The notes beneath the pieces are model-generated. The model was not told where the DNA came from, did not search any database, and saw nothing but the letters and a program-made list of their open reading frames with translations. From IMG/VR virus record IMGVR_UViG_3300009553_000022, positions 2,630 to 66,629 of that record: 64,000 nt of DNA; one strand, written 5' to 3'. Source of the stretch: a virus. Below, one piece after another: positions 1 to 10,530 of the stretch (position 1 is its first letter; the number at the start of each line of letters is the position of its first letter). A program made the position numbers and the translations under genes.

Positions 1-2
1 AT

Positions 3-3000
3 ACAGCCCGGGTATTGGATGCTCGCGGTGTTGGTAGCGCGGCGTTTGATGCGGCTTCTGAACTCGGCAAAGGCGCGGCGCATGGCGGAGCGTACGGCGC
101 CGCATTGGGAGCCGGCACAGCCGAAACCAGCGAGGAACGAGCGCACGCGATCGGCGGGGGTATGGCCCTCGGTGCCGCGGGGCGCGTGGGCATGCGCTAC
201 CTTCCTGCAGGCCGCGCGCACAAGATCGCTCAGATGCAGGCGAACGACCTCGCGTCGTTGTTCGAGCGGTTGGAAGGCCAGGGAACTCGTCCGGAGCTGC
301 TGGACAAGCTGCCGTCTCACGCAGCCGACACACTGGCGGCGTACACTGCGGCCGTCGACCCCAGCCTAAAAGTTACTTTGCACGATGACGCCGGATTCGC
401 CGCTGCCGCCCCTGAGCAACCGAACGCCGCCGCGTTTTACAACCCGAAGACCCACGAGGTCGTTCTGAACCTCGACCGCCTGGGGAGTGCCACCGGCCAC
501 GAACTCGGGCACGCTCTGATGTCTGCCCGCAAGGTGGACGGTGAGGCGCGTCTGGCGATTGATTCCGCTCTCGGCACGGACGGCGTTCTGGCTGCGGCCC
601 GCGAATACGCCGGCCAGTTGGTCGACAACGACCTGAAACGCCAGCCCCCGCCGCTCCCCGGGCAGCCCCCGCCACTTCCGCAGGCTCGCGAGCAGCTCAT
701 TGCGAACAAGATTGCACAGCTGACGCAGGCGCATGGCGGCGACGGCTGGGTGTACTCGGAAATTGTCGCAGACGCAGCGAAGAACCAGATCACACCTGAC
801 CTGTATAAGAATACGCTCCGGCCCTCGATGGCGAAGACCGTGCTGGAAGCCCTGGGCGCCAAGGCCCGCGGGGATCTGGCCGGCATGCTGCCGCCTGGCG
901 CGTTGTTTAGCGACGCTCGGATCTACGGCGGCGACATCGCCAAGATGCTGCAAACGCATCTCCGCGAATCTCACCGCGAAGGCATCAAGCCCACGACCGC
1001 GAAAGAGGAAGGCGTCAACGTCCCGTCTGATCTGCTCGGTAAGCACGCTTCTGTTCCAGTTGGCTCGGATGCCGTGAAGGTTGAAGGTAGCGCGATTGTC
1101 CCCCGGACTCCCGCGGAGGTTCGGCAGATTGAGAAGGCGAGACAGCAGGCTGTGAAGCCGATTGTCGACCAGCAGCCGAAGCCCCAGGGCGACGTAAGTC
1201 CCGAGGTGGCTCCGCGTGTTGGTTCGGATGGTACGGTCGAAGTTCGCGGCACCAAGATCAGCGATCAGATCGCCGGACTCCCGCAGTTTTCGGACGAAGC
1301 CAAACGCATCGCGAAGCAGGTCGAGGATGTGATTGCCGGCGGGCAAGGCGGAATTATTCGGACGTGGTACCAAGCCCTCGGCTCCAGCAAGGTCGGCACC
1401 TGGGCGAAGTCTGTACGTAAGAAGCTCGGCAACTGGTCTGTTTCGCAGGTCGACATTGCGCCGTACGAGTTCCATATTTCCGACGCCAACAACGTTCTTG
1501 TGCGTGGAGTATCCCGGACTGCGGCGGAGCAGAAGCTCGCCCGTTGGCAGCAGGAAGGAAAGCTCGACAAGCTCTGGGGCGGTGACGCGGACGCCTTCAG
1601 AAAGGATCTCCACACCTACCTGCAGAACCACGCCCAAGGACTGCGCGGGGCCGTCAACCTCGGCGACGAAGTCCGGGACGCATTAAATCTATTTGTCACT
1701 GGGCAGGCGTCGAAGTTCAAAGACGCGAACCCACTGCGCGCGGACGTCTCAGGCAAGGACAAGAACGGGATCATCCGCTCCATCCGCCTGGACCGCATGG
1801 CGAACCCTGAGCACGTCGAGGGCAGCCTCCCGCTCGACTGGACAAAGCAACAGCGCAATTTTAGCCCGGCGGGCGACGATCCGGTCGTTGCGGCCGCTCT
1901 CCGAACACCCGGCGGCCAGATCTTCAGCGATCGCTGGCATGGCGGCGCAATGATGCAGATCATGGACGCGGCGGGCCGGGGCGAGCTGAAGGAGCCTGCA
2001 TTTGATTTCGAGAATGTCGCGGATGGTTTCGTCACCAAAAGCGGCAAATTCTTGTCCCGCGAGGAAGCTCTGCAGCACGCGCAGGCCCAGGGGCAACTCC
2101 CGGACAGCGCCCGATTTGAAAACGGGCAGCTGGAGTCCGATGCGTTTGCGGCACAGCGCAGTTTCTCCCCGTCGTCTGACTCTTACATCGACGACGCCCG
2201 CGACGTTTTCGCGAGAGCCCCCTCGCTCCAAACGCTCCGCTTCGACCGCGGAACCGGCGAGTTGATCGATCACAAAGGGGACGTTGTTTCCGAGAACGAC
2301 CTGAAGACGTTGGCACCAGGCGTCGACATGGATCGGGTCCGTGGTGCGGTTGTCACACTGACCGCACTGCAGGAGTGGGAAGCGCGGCAGGGCAATCTGT
2401 TTTCGCAGGTCTCGCAAGCCCCTAAAGCTCCTGGCGAGCCCGTCGAAAACCGTAAGGTGTTATACGCACCGTCGAAAGACAAACTCGGTTTCTATTCCCA
2501 GCTCGAAGAGACGTTAAAAGCGATCCCGCCGAAGTCGTCTCCTGCACAGATTCGCGCCATGTTGCGGCAGGGTGTGAAGGAAAAGGGCAAGCTACTCGCG
2601 AAGCCGGTTAAGGCTGAGGAGATGCGCGATACGAAGGCGCCAGACGGGACGACGTTCGAGGAGTGGCTGAACGAGAACCCGAAGGCGACGCTCGACGAGA
2701 TCAAGTCGTGGGCGCAGGTCAACAAGACGAAGGTATACGCCAATGAAGGCGCGAATAAGATCGAGGGAGAAGAGTATACCTCTGAGCCTGAGCCCGTGCG
2801 GTTTCGCGAGGCTCATTACGTTGAGATCGCGCCTGATCATGTATCAGATCACTTCCGTCAAAAAGTCGAAGACGAGTTTCACGACCAATGGGCCGACGAG
2901 GTGCCGGAGGAAATGACCAGGCCCGAGTTTAAGGAGGAAGTTGTGCGGCGGATTGATGCTTATCTTAACGAGCATCCGGTGCGCGAATGGACCGACAACG

Positions 3001-6000
3001 AGCATGGTTACACGATCCAAGGGTCCAAGGAACAAGGGTACGCTGTATTTACTCCGGACGGCGATGAAGTCGACTCGGAGATCACTCGCTTTAGTCGCGC
3101 AGTCGACGCTGCCAACGAGCACGCGTTTGACGCCATGTCCACGACTGAGCGGCACGACGACGAGATCAGCACAGAGCCCCAGTACAGCTCTTATGTCCTC
3201 GGCAAAGCCGGGGAGAACTACCAGGAAGTTGTTTTTGAAGTGCCGGGGAACCGTCCTGGTTCTGGCTTCGAGAGCAGCCATTTCAGCGGCAACCCGGATT
3301 ACATTTTCCATGCCCGCACGAGTGAATATAAGACGCCGAAGGGCGAGAAGGTTTTCCTGATCGAGGAGACGCAGAGCGATCTGCACCGCGGGGGACGGGA
3401 AGAGGGGTACAAAGATTCGTCAATCGAGCGAAAACGCAAGCAGCTGTCAAACGCCTTCGATGCCCGTAGAGACGCGATCTCCCAGGCGAACCAGATAACA
3501 CCAACTGCTGACTTACAGAAGCTCTTCGCGGACGATCCTGAACTTACTCGCATAAAGGCTGAGAGAGAAAAGCTCCACGAGTCGCAAGGCAAGCTCCCCG
3601 ACGCGCCACTCAAAAAATCCTGGTCCGAGTTCCTTCTGAAGTGGGGTCTTCGTGAGGCTGCGGCTCGCGGCGCGCAGTACCTGGGTTGGGTGACTGGTGG
3701 GCAGACTCAAGAGCACTACAATTTGCGGAAGGAAGTCAAAGAACTGTCCTGGGATGGGAAGACACTCAAGGCGGATCTTGTCCGTGGCGGACAGAGGTCG
3801 TTTCCGGCGGCCAACGAGGAAGAGGTCGCGAAGTACGTTGGGAAGGGCGTTGCGAGTCGGTTGGTAACGGCTGACCTGAAGCCCGAGCCGGCGGTTATGA
3901 CTGAAGCGCAGTGGGCGCAAAAATTCCCTGAGCAGTGGGCAGAATACGCGAAGTCGCACAGTATTGGGCGAGATCCGTCTAGTGCACACTGGAAAGCGGT
4001 TGAACCAGACGGGGCGTCTAGCGGAGTATTTACTTCGCAAGAAGCCGCGGATTTGTGGTCGAAGCGCGTGTCTAGTACGCGATCTGTATCCGGCGGAGGT
4101 CTTGAGATGGGCGGCGAGTGGGCGGTCAACATGTACGACAAGGCCCACGTCAATTTTCTGGAGGATTACGCGAAGTCGCAGGGTTGGCTGAAGGCTCTCG
4201 GCGCGGAGCAGAGCAAGCCCGACCCGAACCAGCTCGAACTCGCCGGCATGCCCGAGCACAAGGCGAAGCGGGCTGTTCGAGACGTGGAGATCATTACGAA
4301 GCATGCCGGATCGGGTCCTTCTGGGGCACGCGGCGAAGGCGAAACTGCGAAGGTTCACGCGATCGCAATCCCGCCCGAGGTTAAGGATCACATCCTCCAC
4401 GAGGGGCAGCCGATGTATTCGCCTAGCAGCGAGCCCGCGGCTCCCGACACGCTGACGGCTCTGCACAACACTTCTGGCGCTGGCATTCTGGCCGCGGCTC
4501 GTATGGGCGGCATTCCCGCCCCGTCGGTGGCTGTTATGAAGCGGGAGCACCCGTTCTCGTCCTTCGGTGACATCACGCTGATCGCGCCGCGCGACGTTGT
4601 GGATCCTGAACACGGCACAAAAGTTTTCGACGCGGACGCGTACACGCCGCGCCAGCCCAAGCCGGAATACGGTCGGATTCGCTCAGCAGCAAAGAGCCAA
4701 CTCCGTAAGCAGTTCGAGGCCGAGGTCAAGCGCCTGGACGATTACAGCAACTTCCACGAGGTCCTTGAGGCATTGGGCGGACAGTACCGGACGCCGAGCA
4801 AGGAAAAGGCTATTGAGGCGATGGGCAACTCTCCCGCCGTTGTGTCTAAGTTCCTTGCCGATACCGGCGGCAACCCGGCTGACGTCTACCGCCGACAGTC
4901 GAAGCCCGGTGCGTCCTCGAACGAGTATTCGACCGAACTCCTTAAGGAACGGGAAACGCTCCGGAAGATTCTGTCGGGCCGGCAAGACGAGTTTAATAGC
5001 TGGGCCGAGAACATCCTGGACCCCGTATTCGGTCAGCCCTTTGTGAAGGTCGGCGGCCAGCGCCTTCCCTACACCGCGGAGAATGTCGCCCGGGCGATGA
5101 CCGGCAAGACCCGAGCCCAAGAGGGCGGGATGACCTACGGCCCCGGGCACGCCCGCGCGTCTGCCTCCCGCCAGTTCGGGTCAGTTCCGGAGATGCACAA
5201 AGCCGAGGGCAACCTCGTCTCTGACGACGATTTCCAGAAGCACCGCGACGCGCAAGAGCCGATCATGGACGCGTACCGGCGGGCGGCGGTCGGAGCAAAT
5301 AACATCGAGCACCGGAGCACCTGGGATAACCTCGACGACGCGATGCGCGTTCTTGGGATGTACTTGCGCGGCGGCAAGAGCGACAGCCCGGCCCGGATGG
5401 CCGCGGCGCTGCGCCGCCACGGGTTCGGAGACGACCCGGAAGTCGTCCAGGCGGCGATCAAAGCTGCAGGCTCCCTCCGCGATGCTCCGACGGAATACTT
5501 CGAGGCCAAGCCGCAACGGGAGGTCAAACTTCCTGAGTTTGTCGGCGCTGTAGTGCCTGAAAAAACCTCTCCGCGGGTCCTGGCTGTGCTGGAGAAATAC
5601 GGCATCCAGGTCGAGACATACAAGAACAGCGAAGACCGGCAAGCTGCGACTGTGCGCCTTCGCGAGAAGCTGGCTGGCGAAGGGCAGGCTGTTCATTTCG
5701 CACCATCAGAGGATGAAGGCTTCTTTTACAAAGCCGATCCGGATCTTCCTGGGCACGATCCTAAATACCGTACCCCGGAGCCTGAAAGGGACCTGCCGGA
5801 CGCCTCAACTGCTCGGAATGCCGGACTGATTCATTACTGGCAGGCTCCAAGCGGGAACCTGTACGACGCCGACCGTTATCATTGGAAATGGGCACGGGAG
5901 CATGTGACAGGCGATGCCGCCGACGCAGTCGAACGGATGATCCGCAATGGCTGGACTAGGATCAACGTCTCGGCTGGTGACAGGATGGTTCTTGTCCAAG

Positions 6001-6251
6001 GCCGGCCGAGTCGAGCCCAAAGGGCGAGGTTAGAAGATTTGGGGTTCAGTGTCGAGCTGCCGGTAATGGACGACAGCGGCATGCTTTTGATTGAGTCGAC
6101 GGGTGAGTTCGGCCAACCCCCGGAATTTTCGCCCAGCGGCACAGCCCCGCAGAAGGGCGGTAAACGTCCCGCCCTCCGCGAGCCTAGGGAACACCTGGCA
6201 CCAGGTCCGGAGCAACCGGACGACGAAGAGAATGAAACCCACATACAATGA
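3..6251 (+). CDS. Giant polyvalent / internal virion (ejection) protein, 5' partial
   Basis: Over 2078 aa, frame open to the window edge. Zincin-like HELGH near the N-terminus, several domains typical of phage large polyvalent proteins (IEETQSD, LHN..GG.P.PS.A..FGDI), and recurrent [FY][SA]P[SA] linkers. Confidence 0.7.
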   Translation, partial: TARVLDARGVGSAAFDAASELGKGAAHGGAYGAALGAGTAETSEERAHAIGGGMALGAAGRVGMRYLPAGRAHKIAQMQANDLASLFERLEGQGTRPELLDKLPSHAADTLAAYTAAVDPSLKVTLHDDAGFAAAAPEQPNAAAFYNPKTHEVVLNLDRLGSATGHELGHALMSARKVDGEARLAIDSALGTDGVLAAAREYAGQLVDNDLKRQPPPLPGQPPPLPQAREQLIANKIAQLTQAHGGDGWVYSEIVADAAKNQITPDLYKNTLRPSMAKTVLEALGAKARGDLAGMLPPGALFSDARIYGGDIAKMLQTHLRESHREGIKPTTAKEEGVNVPSDLLGKHASVPVGSDAVKVEGSAIVPRTPAEVRQIEKARQQAVKPIVDQQPKPQGDVSPEVAPRVGSDGTVEVRGTKISDQIAGLPQFSDEAKRIAKQVEDVIAGGQGGIIRTWYQALGSSKVGTWAKSVRKKLGNWSVSQVDIAPYEFHISDANNVLVRGVSRTAAEQKLARWQQEGKLDKLWGGDADAFRKDLHTYLQNHAQGLRGAVNLGDEVRDALNLFVTGQASKFKDANPLRADVSGKDKNGIIRSIRLDRMANPEHVEGSLPLDWTKQQRNFSPAGDDPVVAAALRTPGGQIFSDRWHGGAMMQIMDAAGRGELKEPAFDFENVADGFVTKSGKFLSREEALQHAQAQGQLPDSARFENGQLESDAFAAQRSFSPSSDSYIDDARDVFARAPSLQTLRFDRGTGELIDHKGDVVSENDLKTLAPGVDMDRVRGAVVTLTALQEWEARQGNLFSQVSQAPKAPGEPVENRKVLYAPSKDKLGFYSQLEETLKAIPPKSSPAQIRAMLRQGVKEKGKLLAKPVKAEEMRDTKAPDGTTFEEWLNENPKATLDEIKSWAQVNKTKVYANEGANKIEGEEYTSEPEPVRFREAHYVEIAPDHVSDHFRQKVEDEFHDQWADEVPEEMTRPEFKEEVVRRIDAYLNEHPVREWTDNEHGYTIQGSKEQGYAVFTPDGDEVDSEITRFSRAVDAANEHAFDAMSTTERHDDEISTEPQYSSYVLGKAGENYQEVVFEVPGNRPGSGFESSHFSGNPDYIFHARTSEYKTPKGEKVFLIEETQSDLHRGGREEGYKDSSIERKRKQLSNAFDARRDAISQANQITPTADLQKLFADDPELTRIKAEREKLHESQGKLPDAPLKKSWSEFLLKWGLREAAARGAQYLGWVTGGQTQEHYNLRKEVKELSWDGKTLKADLVRGGQRSFPAANEEEVAKYVGKGVASRLVTADLKPEPAVMTEAQWAQKFPEQWAEYAKSHSIGRDPSSAHWKAVEPDGASSGVFTSQEAADLWSKRVSSTRSVSGGGLEMGGEWAVNMYDKAHVNFLEDYAKSQGWLKALGAEQSKPDPNQLELAGMPEHKAKRAVRDVEIITKHAGSGPSGARGEGETAKVHAIAIPPEVKDHILHEGQPMYSPSSEPAAPDTLTALHNTSGAGILAAARMGGIPAPSVAVMKREHPFSSFGDITLIAPRDVVDPEHGTKVFDADAYTPRQPKPEYGRIRSAAKSQLRKQFEAEVKRLDDYSNFHEVLEALGGQYRTPSKEKAIEAMGNSPAVVSKFLADTGGNPADVYRRQSKPGASSNEYSTELLKERETLRKILSGRQDEFNSWAENILDPVFGQPFVKVGGQRLPYTAENVARAMTGKTRAQEGGMTYGPGHARASASRQFGSVPEMHKAEGNLVSDDDFQKHRDAQEPIMDAYRRAAVGANNIEHRSTWDNLDDAMRVLGMYLRGGKSDSPARMAAALRRHGFGDDPEVVQAAIKAAGSLRDAPTEYFEAKPQREVKLPEFVGAVVPEKTSPRVLAVLEKYGIQVETYKNSEDRQAATVRLREKLAGEGQAVHFAPSEDEGFFYKADPDLPGHDPKYRTPEPERDLPDASTARNAGLIHYWQAPSGNLYDADRYHWKWAREHVTGDAADAVERMIRNGWTRINVSAGDRMVLVQGRPSRAQRARLEDLGFSVELPVMDDSGMLLIESTGEFGQPPEFSPSGTAPQKGGKRPALREPREHLAPGPEQPDDEENETHIQ

Positions 6252-6468
6252 ATGCTTCATCGCGGCCCTGACCGGACTCCTTGCTGGAGACGCGGGCGGC
6301 CTGGCGGAAAAGGTCGTCCAGGGAGGCGGATTCAACAATCCGTCAGACGCGCGGGAGCAGGCCGCGTATACGCTCGTCCAGGCCGCTAAGGCGATTGCTG
6401 AAGCCGCCGTGTCGGACGCACCGCCTAAACCCCGGGCTGCCCGGGGCTTCACGAGCAAGATCAGTTGA
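6232..6468 (+). CDS. hypothetical protein
   Basis: ATG at 6232; overlaps both flanking genes. Confidence 0.55.
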   Translation: MKPTYNECFIAALTGLLAGDAGGLAEKVVQGGGFNNPSDAREQAAYTLVQAAKAIAEAAVSDAPPKPRAARGFTSKIS

Positions 6469-8000
6469 AGAACGCCCATCAGCACACGATCGATCAAGTA
6501 GTCGGCCTCCGGACCTTGTCGGCTGACGTCAGCGCACGACTCGCTGAGATCGAGAATGAGATCTCAGCGATCGAAGGGGACATTGCCGCCTTGGAGGGCA
6601 TAGTCGGGCCGCCCATGGTCCTGGACACCGGCCCGTCGCCGGGGTATACCAAGATCGCCACCCTCAAGCGCGACGCCGTCGAGCAGTTCTCGGTGCAGGT
6701 GGACGGGCAGCTCAACTTGTTCCATTCCGAAGCGGACACCCAGGGCGTCACGATTAGCTGCAACAAGCGCGGGAAGACTGGCGACGCTAGCGCAGCGCCG
6801 GTTTCCGGGGATTCGATTGTGCAACTGCGGGCATACGCCTGGAATGGCTCGACGTACGGCGCAACTGGACAGATCCAGTTTGTTGCAGGGACGCAGCACA
6901 GCGGATCGACTGCCCAAAGCTACGTGCGTGCGTACGCGGTCCCCCCGTCGTCCACAACAGAGACGGAGGTGCTCCGGGGGACATTCGACTCTTCAGGCAA
7001 TCCGATGCTCACGATGGGAGGCGCGACGTCGAGCTACCCAGCACTGAAGCGCAACGCCGCGTCGTTTGACGTGCGCCTGGCCGACGACTCCGCCTATGCC
7101 GCTTTTACGACGGGTACGTTACTCGCCGCCACGGGCGGGATGATCATGGGGACGACGGACTCGGCGTCGGTCTTCGCATACTCCTTCACCTGCAAAAAGC
7201 GCGGCACTACCGGCGACGCCAATGCGGCAGTTGCGACAGCGTCGGAGGTAGGAAACTTCTCCTGGCAGTCGTGGAATGGCTCGGCTTATGTCACAAACGC
7301 GCTGATGGTGATCAAGACGGAGGAGGCGCAGTCGTCGGGGCATGCTGGCGCGCAAATTAACTTCCGGACCACGGCTGTAGGCTCTGGGTCCGTGACAAAC
7401 GCGGCCTATATCACGGCTTCGCACAACTTCGTAATCGGCGCCACGTCAACCAACGAGCCCGCGTCCCTCGTCAAGGGGCTGGTGCTGGAGGCCGGAACCG
7501 CAGCCACCGGCGACCCGACGTCGGCGGGGGCGGTGTGGGTAGTGTCCGGGGAAATCCAATACCGGACCAGTGGGTCGAACGAGGGATCAGGTCAAACTAA
7601 CCGCGTACACAACCGCGGCGCGCAGCAGGCCGGCGTAGGGACCAACTACACGCTAACGAACTCTGCGGCCCGGGTGACATTCGGCACGACGAATGCAGAG
7701 ATCAACTTACCGACTGCCGGCACGTACTAGATCATCGCGAACGTTTCTTTTAACGCCGGCACGACGTCAGGCGACATCTATTCAGCGGTGCTGCGCAATC
7801 TCACCGACTCGACGGACATTGGATCCGCGAAGCGGTTCACCCAGGCCAGCGCGGCACCGCTCAAGTTCAATACGACGCTGATTGAAGTCGTCACGGTTAC
7901 GGCCCTAAAGGCGGTCGGCATTTTTGCCTACAACGAGACGGCTGCTCGCGGCGCGGTCGAATCAACGACTACCCAGGTCGCGTACGTGAGGCTGTTTTAG
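6465..8000 (+). CDS. Tail fibre / receptor-binding-like protein interrupted by an in-frame TAG at 7728-7730
   Basis: G/S/T-rich beta protein with a duplicated KRGxTGDA..WNGS.Y module. The frame continues ...AGTY*IIANVSF... to TAG at 8000. Confidence 0.6.
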
Positions 8001-8678
8001 CCCGACCTGGATCGACTTCATCCAGTCCGGCGGCGGGGCGAACAGATCGGCCATCTTCTTCGGCGCGACACGGTCCCCGTTCTCGTCTGCCATCCAGATA
8101 AACGTCCAAAAGTCCCCGCTGACGCGGTTCACACAGCCGAGGTCGGTCTTTGCCCCGACTGGGCACGGCCCCATACGGGCGTTGTCCATGAAGTAGAATT
8201 TCCCCTCCCACTGAAAAAGTACGCCGGCGTGGAAGCCCTGGAGACCCCCGAATTGCGACCAGCGGTACAGGATCCGGCGGGCCGGGACGCCTTGCGCCTG
8301 GAGATAGGACACCGTTGTCGTGCTGAAGGGGTCACAATGCATCGGGACCATGTAGTCCGGCAGGTGCTTAAACGACGGCAGCGGGGCAGCCGGGGCACCG
8401 AACGCCAGACTGAGCAGCAACAGAACCAGGGTGAGGATAGGGCCGCCCGCAAACACGGTCTGGATCGTTGCACTTGGGCACTTGCTGCGAACCCGCGCAG
8501 CCGAGACATGGCTCTTGAACTCAAAGGCGTGATCCCGCTTTGTCGTCCACTCCGGGCCGCCTGCGAAGCTGCCATCCCGCACAAAACTACCATCCGCGCT
8601 CCGCGCCCAGCCCGGGCGGGCGGCAACGTACCACGTCTGTTTTAGGTCTCTGCGATATTCAGCCACGATGTACTTCAT
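7962..8678 (-). CDS. Membrane-anchored papain/transglutaminase-like (Cys-His-Asp) protein, moron
   Basis: TM segment ILTLVLLLLSLAFG, then MHCDPF, FHAGVL, YFMDN; has its own promoter. Confidence 0.5.
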   Translation of the reverse strand: MKYIVAEYRRDLKQTWYVAARPGWARSADGSFVRDGSFAGGPEWTTKRDHAFEFKSHVSAARVRSKCPSATIQTVFAGGPILTLVLLLLSLAFGAPAAPLPSFKHLPDYMVPMHCDPFSTTTVSYLQAQGVPARRILYRWSQFGGLQGFHAGVLFQWEGKFYFMDNARMGPCPVGAKTDLGCVNRVSGDFWTFIWMADENGDRVAPKKMADLFAPPPDWMKSIQVGLKQPHVRDLGSR

Positions 8679-8683
8679 ACCGC

Positions 8684-8711
8684 ACAATACGACACTGTCT
8701 GACGTTGTCAA
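8684..8711 (-). promoter_or_regulatory. sigma-70 promoter (TTGACA-N16-TATTGT), near-leaderless, with operator boxes
   Basis: -35 at 8711-8706, -10 at 8689-8684, ATG at 8678. Confidence 0.6.
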
Positions 8712-8738
8712 ACGTGGCTTTTCGTGGTAAGTTACTGA

Positions 8739-9317
8739 ATGCCACGGCTTCGTTTCTTCTCGCTTCTTTTCCTTGCGCCCGCGCTCCTTGTAGGCTGCAT
8801 CGGCCCTCGCCCACTGCGCCCAGGCAACGCCTCCCTTTCCGCCGGCACAAACGGCATTGTGGCCACCGTCCGGCAGCCGGAAAACCCCCAGCAAGCGTCC
8901 TCGCAGCAGATCGAACGGGTCACGGAGACGCGCCCAGACGGCACCGTGCGGGTGACTGAGAAGGCGGGCGCGACCATTGGAGCCGCGCAGAAGGATACGG
9001 CCAGGGAGATCGCCGCGAAGCTTGCCAGCACCCGGCCCGTCCAGATCGTCGGGGTGATCCTAATCCTGGCCGCCTTGGCGATGTTCCACCCAGTTGTTCG
9101 GGCCGTGACCGCCAGCTCAACGCTGCAAATGGTGACCGGCGCCGTTGGGTTGTTCCTCATTTTTGCGCCCGTGGTCGTGGTTGGAAACGAGAAGCTCCTT
9201 CTGGTCCTAGGCATCGCCGGGCCAGCTGCGTACTTCTTCATTCACCGACACGGGAAGTTGCAGGGCTTGGTCGATGCGAATAAAAACGGCATCGACGACC
9301 GGGAGGAAAAACAATGA
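8739..9317 (+). CDS. Lipoprotein-signal plus multi-TM membrane protein (lysis / spanin-like candidate)
   Basis: Lipobox LLVGC and three C-terminal hydrophobic segments. Confidence 0.5.
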   Translation: MPRLRFFSLLFLAPALLVGCIGPRPLRPGNASLSAGTNGIVATVRQPENPQQASSQQIERVTETRPDGTVRVTEKAGATIGAAQKDTAREIAAKLASTRPVQIVGVILILAALAMFHPVVRAVTASSTLQMVTGAVGLFLIFAPVVVVGNEKLLLVLGIAGPAAYFFIHRHGKLQGLVDANKNGIDDREEKQ

Positions 9318-9523
9318 AGATTCTAGACACAGCCCCAGGAAAAGACGGGGCGATCGGACTGTTCGGGATTGCGGCGGCGACAGGAAGCCACTGGATTGCG
9401 CAGCTGGAGCCGTGGCTCGCCCTTGGTTCACACATCTTCGGTTTTGTTGCAGCTGGTCTCTCGGCTGCGCTGCTTGCGCTCCGCTTATGGCGCGCAATCA
9501 AGAAAAGGGGGGACGACAAGTGA
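9314..9523 (+). CDS. Holin-like small membrane protein
   Basis: 69 aa, two hydrophobic segments, basic C-terminus, at the end of the late region. Confidence 0.45.
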   Translation: MKILDTAPGKDGAIGLFGIAAATGSHWIAQLEPWLALGSHIFGFVAAGLSAALLALRLWRAIKKRGDDK

Positions 9524-9666
9524 TCGTCCACGATCATGGCAAGTTCCATGTGCGCTCAGAGAATGGGCGCAAGAACCTGGGCACCTACAAGACGAAGGAG
9601 GAGGCCGTCAAACGGCTTCAGCAGGTCCACTACTTCAAAACCCACCCTAAGAAGGGCGGGAAGTAA
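9520..9666 (+). CDS. small basic hypothetical protein
   Basis: GTGA overlap with the upstream gene; LGTYKTKEEA motif common in phage small proteins. Confidence 0.5.
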   Translation: MIVHDHGKFHVRSENGRKNLGTYKTKEEAVKRLQQVHYFKTHPKKGGK

Positions 9667-10189
9667 GCTTTTCCACCTTCGCGCGATACCAATCGAACCA
9701 CTGCGCCGCGGAGCCTTTGAAGCCCGCGGTTTTTGCGTTTTCGAGGTACTCGTAGATTTCCCCCGACAGGCACGCGCGGAGTAAATAAAACCATTTTGGG
9801 TCATACATGACCGCCAGCTTGTCGGGCCAACAGAGCGCCGACGGCTTTTCTCCACACATGCTCGCCAAGTGCCGCGAGTGAAACAGGCACAGCCGGTACG
9901 CCTGCAAGGCTCTTTGCTCGGCTTCCAACTCTCCCCGGCCTACAACTACCCGGTACCAGAACTTCACCAGCCTCCGCACCAAGCGGCTGCCGCCGACGGG
10001 GTGCAAGCGCCCCTCCTGGCCGTCAATGTTCGGTTGACCCCAGTAACCCCAGTCGTGGACGACAATGCAGAGCCATTCAAAGCCCCGCGGCCAGCACCCC
10101 TGGAATTTCCGCCAGGCCAGGGCAACCGTAACCGGGTGCCAAGCGAATTGGTGGACGCCAAAGAGAAGGCTACGAGTTCCCAGAGTCAT
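9647..10189 (-). CDS. HD-domain phosphohydrolase
   Basis: H...VVHDWG...H...HSRH...PDKL motifs. Confidence 0.6.
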   Translation of the reverse strand: MTLGTRSLLFGVHQFAWHPVTVALAWRKFQGCWPRGFEWLCIVVHDWGYWGQPNIDGQEGRLHPVGGSRLVRRLVKFWYRVVVGRGELEAEQRALQAYRLCLFHSRHLASMCGEKPSALCWPDKLAVMYDPKWFYLLRACLSGEIYEYLENAKTAGFKGSAAQWFDWYRAKVEKLTSRPS

Positions 10190-10530
10190 CAGTCGATGTT
10201 CATGCCGAGGATTTCCCCCGTGTTACGTTCAACGCAGACCGCGCGGTCGTCCCAGAGCTGGTACATCTGCATGTCCTTGATGTTGGTAACTGGTAAGACT
10301 TGACCAATGTGCTCTATGCACCAGTTCTGAGTCGGGCGCAGGACTGAGACGTCTCGGTCTTGGACTCGCGCAGTGAAGATCCGGACTTCGGTGCCTTCCG
10401 CGAGCCAAAGCTTGATGCGATCCACCATCGGCCGGATCGGTTCTCCGATATGCTCGATGCCTTTCCATCCGTCGTAATGCGCAAGCGTTCCGTCGAGGTC
10501 GACGCCGATCCAGCCGTTTCTGTGACTCAT
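10189..10530 (-). CDS. HAD-family phosphatase (PNK 3'-phosphatase-like)
   Basis: VDLDGTL, IFTAR, LWDDRA. Confidence 0.75.
   Translation of the reverse strand: MSHRNGWIGVDLDGTLAHYDGWKGIEHIGEPIRPMVDRIKLWLAEGTEVRIFTARVQDRDVSVLRPTQNWCIEHIGQVLPVTNIKDMQMYQLWDDRAVCVERNTGEILGMNID

Noticed and set aside
7728-7730. Genome-wide TAG recoding
   Set aside because: TAG ends complete genes elsewhere (e.g. the C5 MTase at 30909, followed by a promoter), and long genes have no internal TAG.
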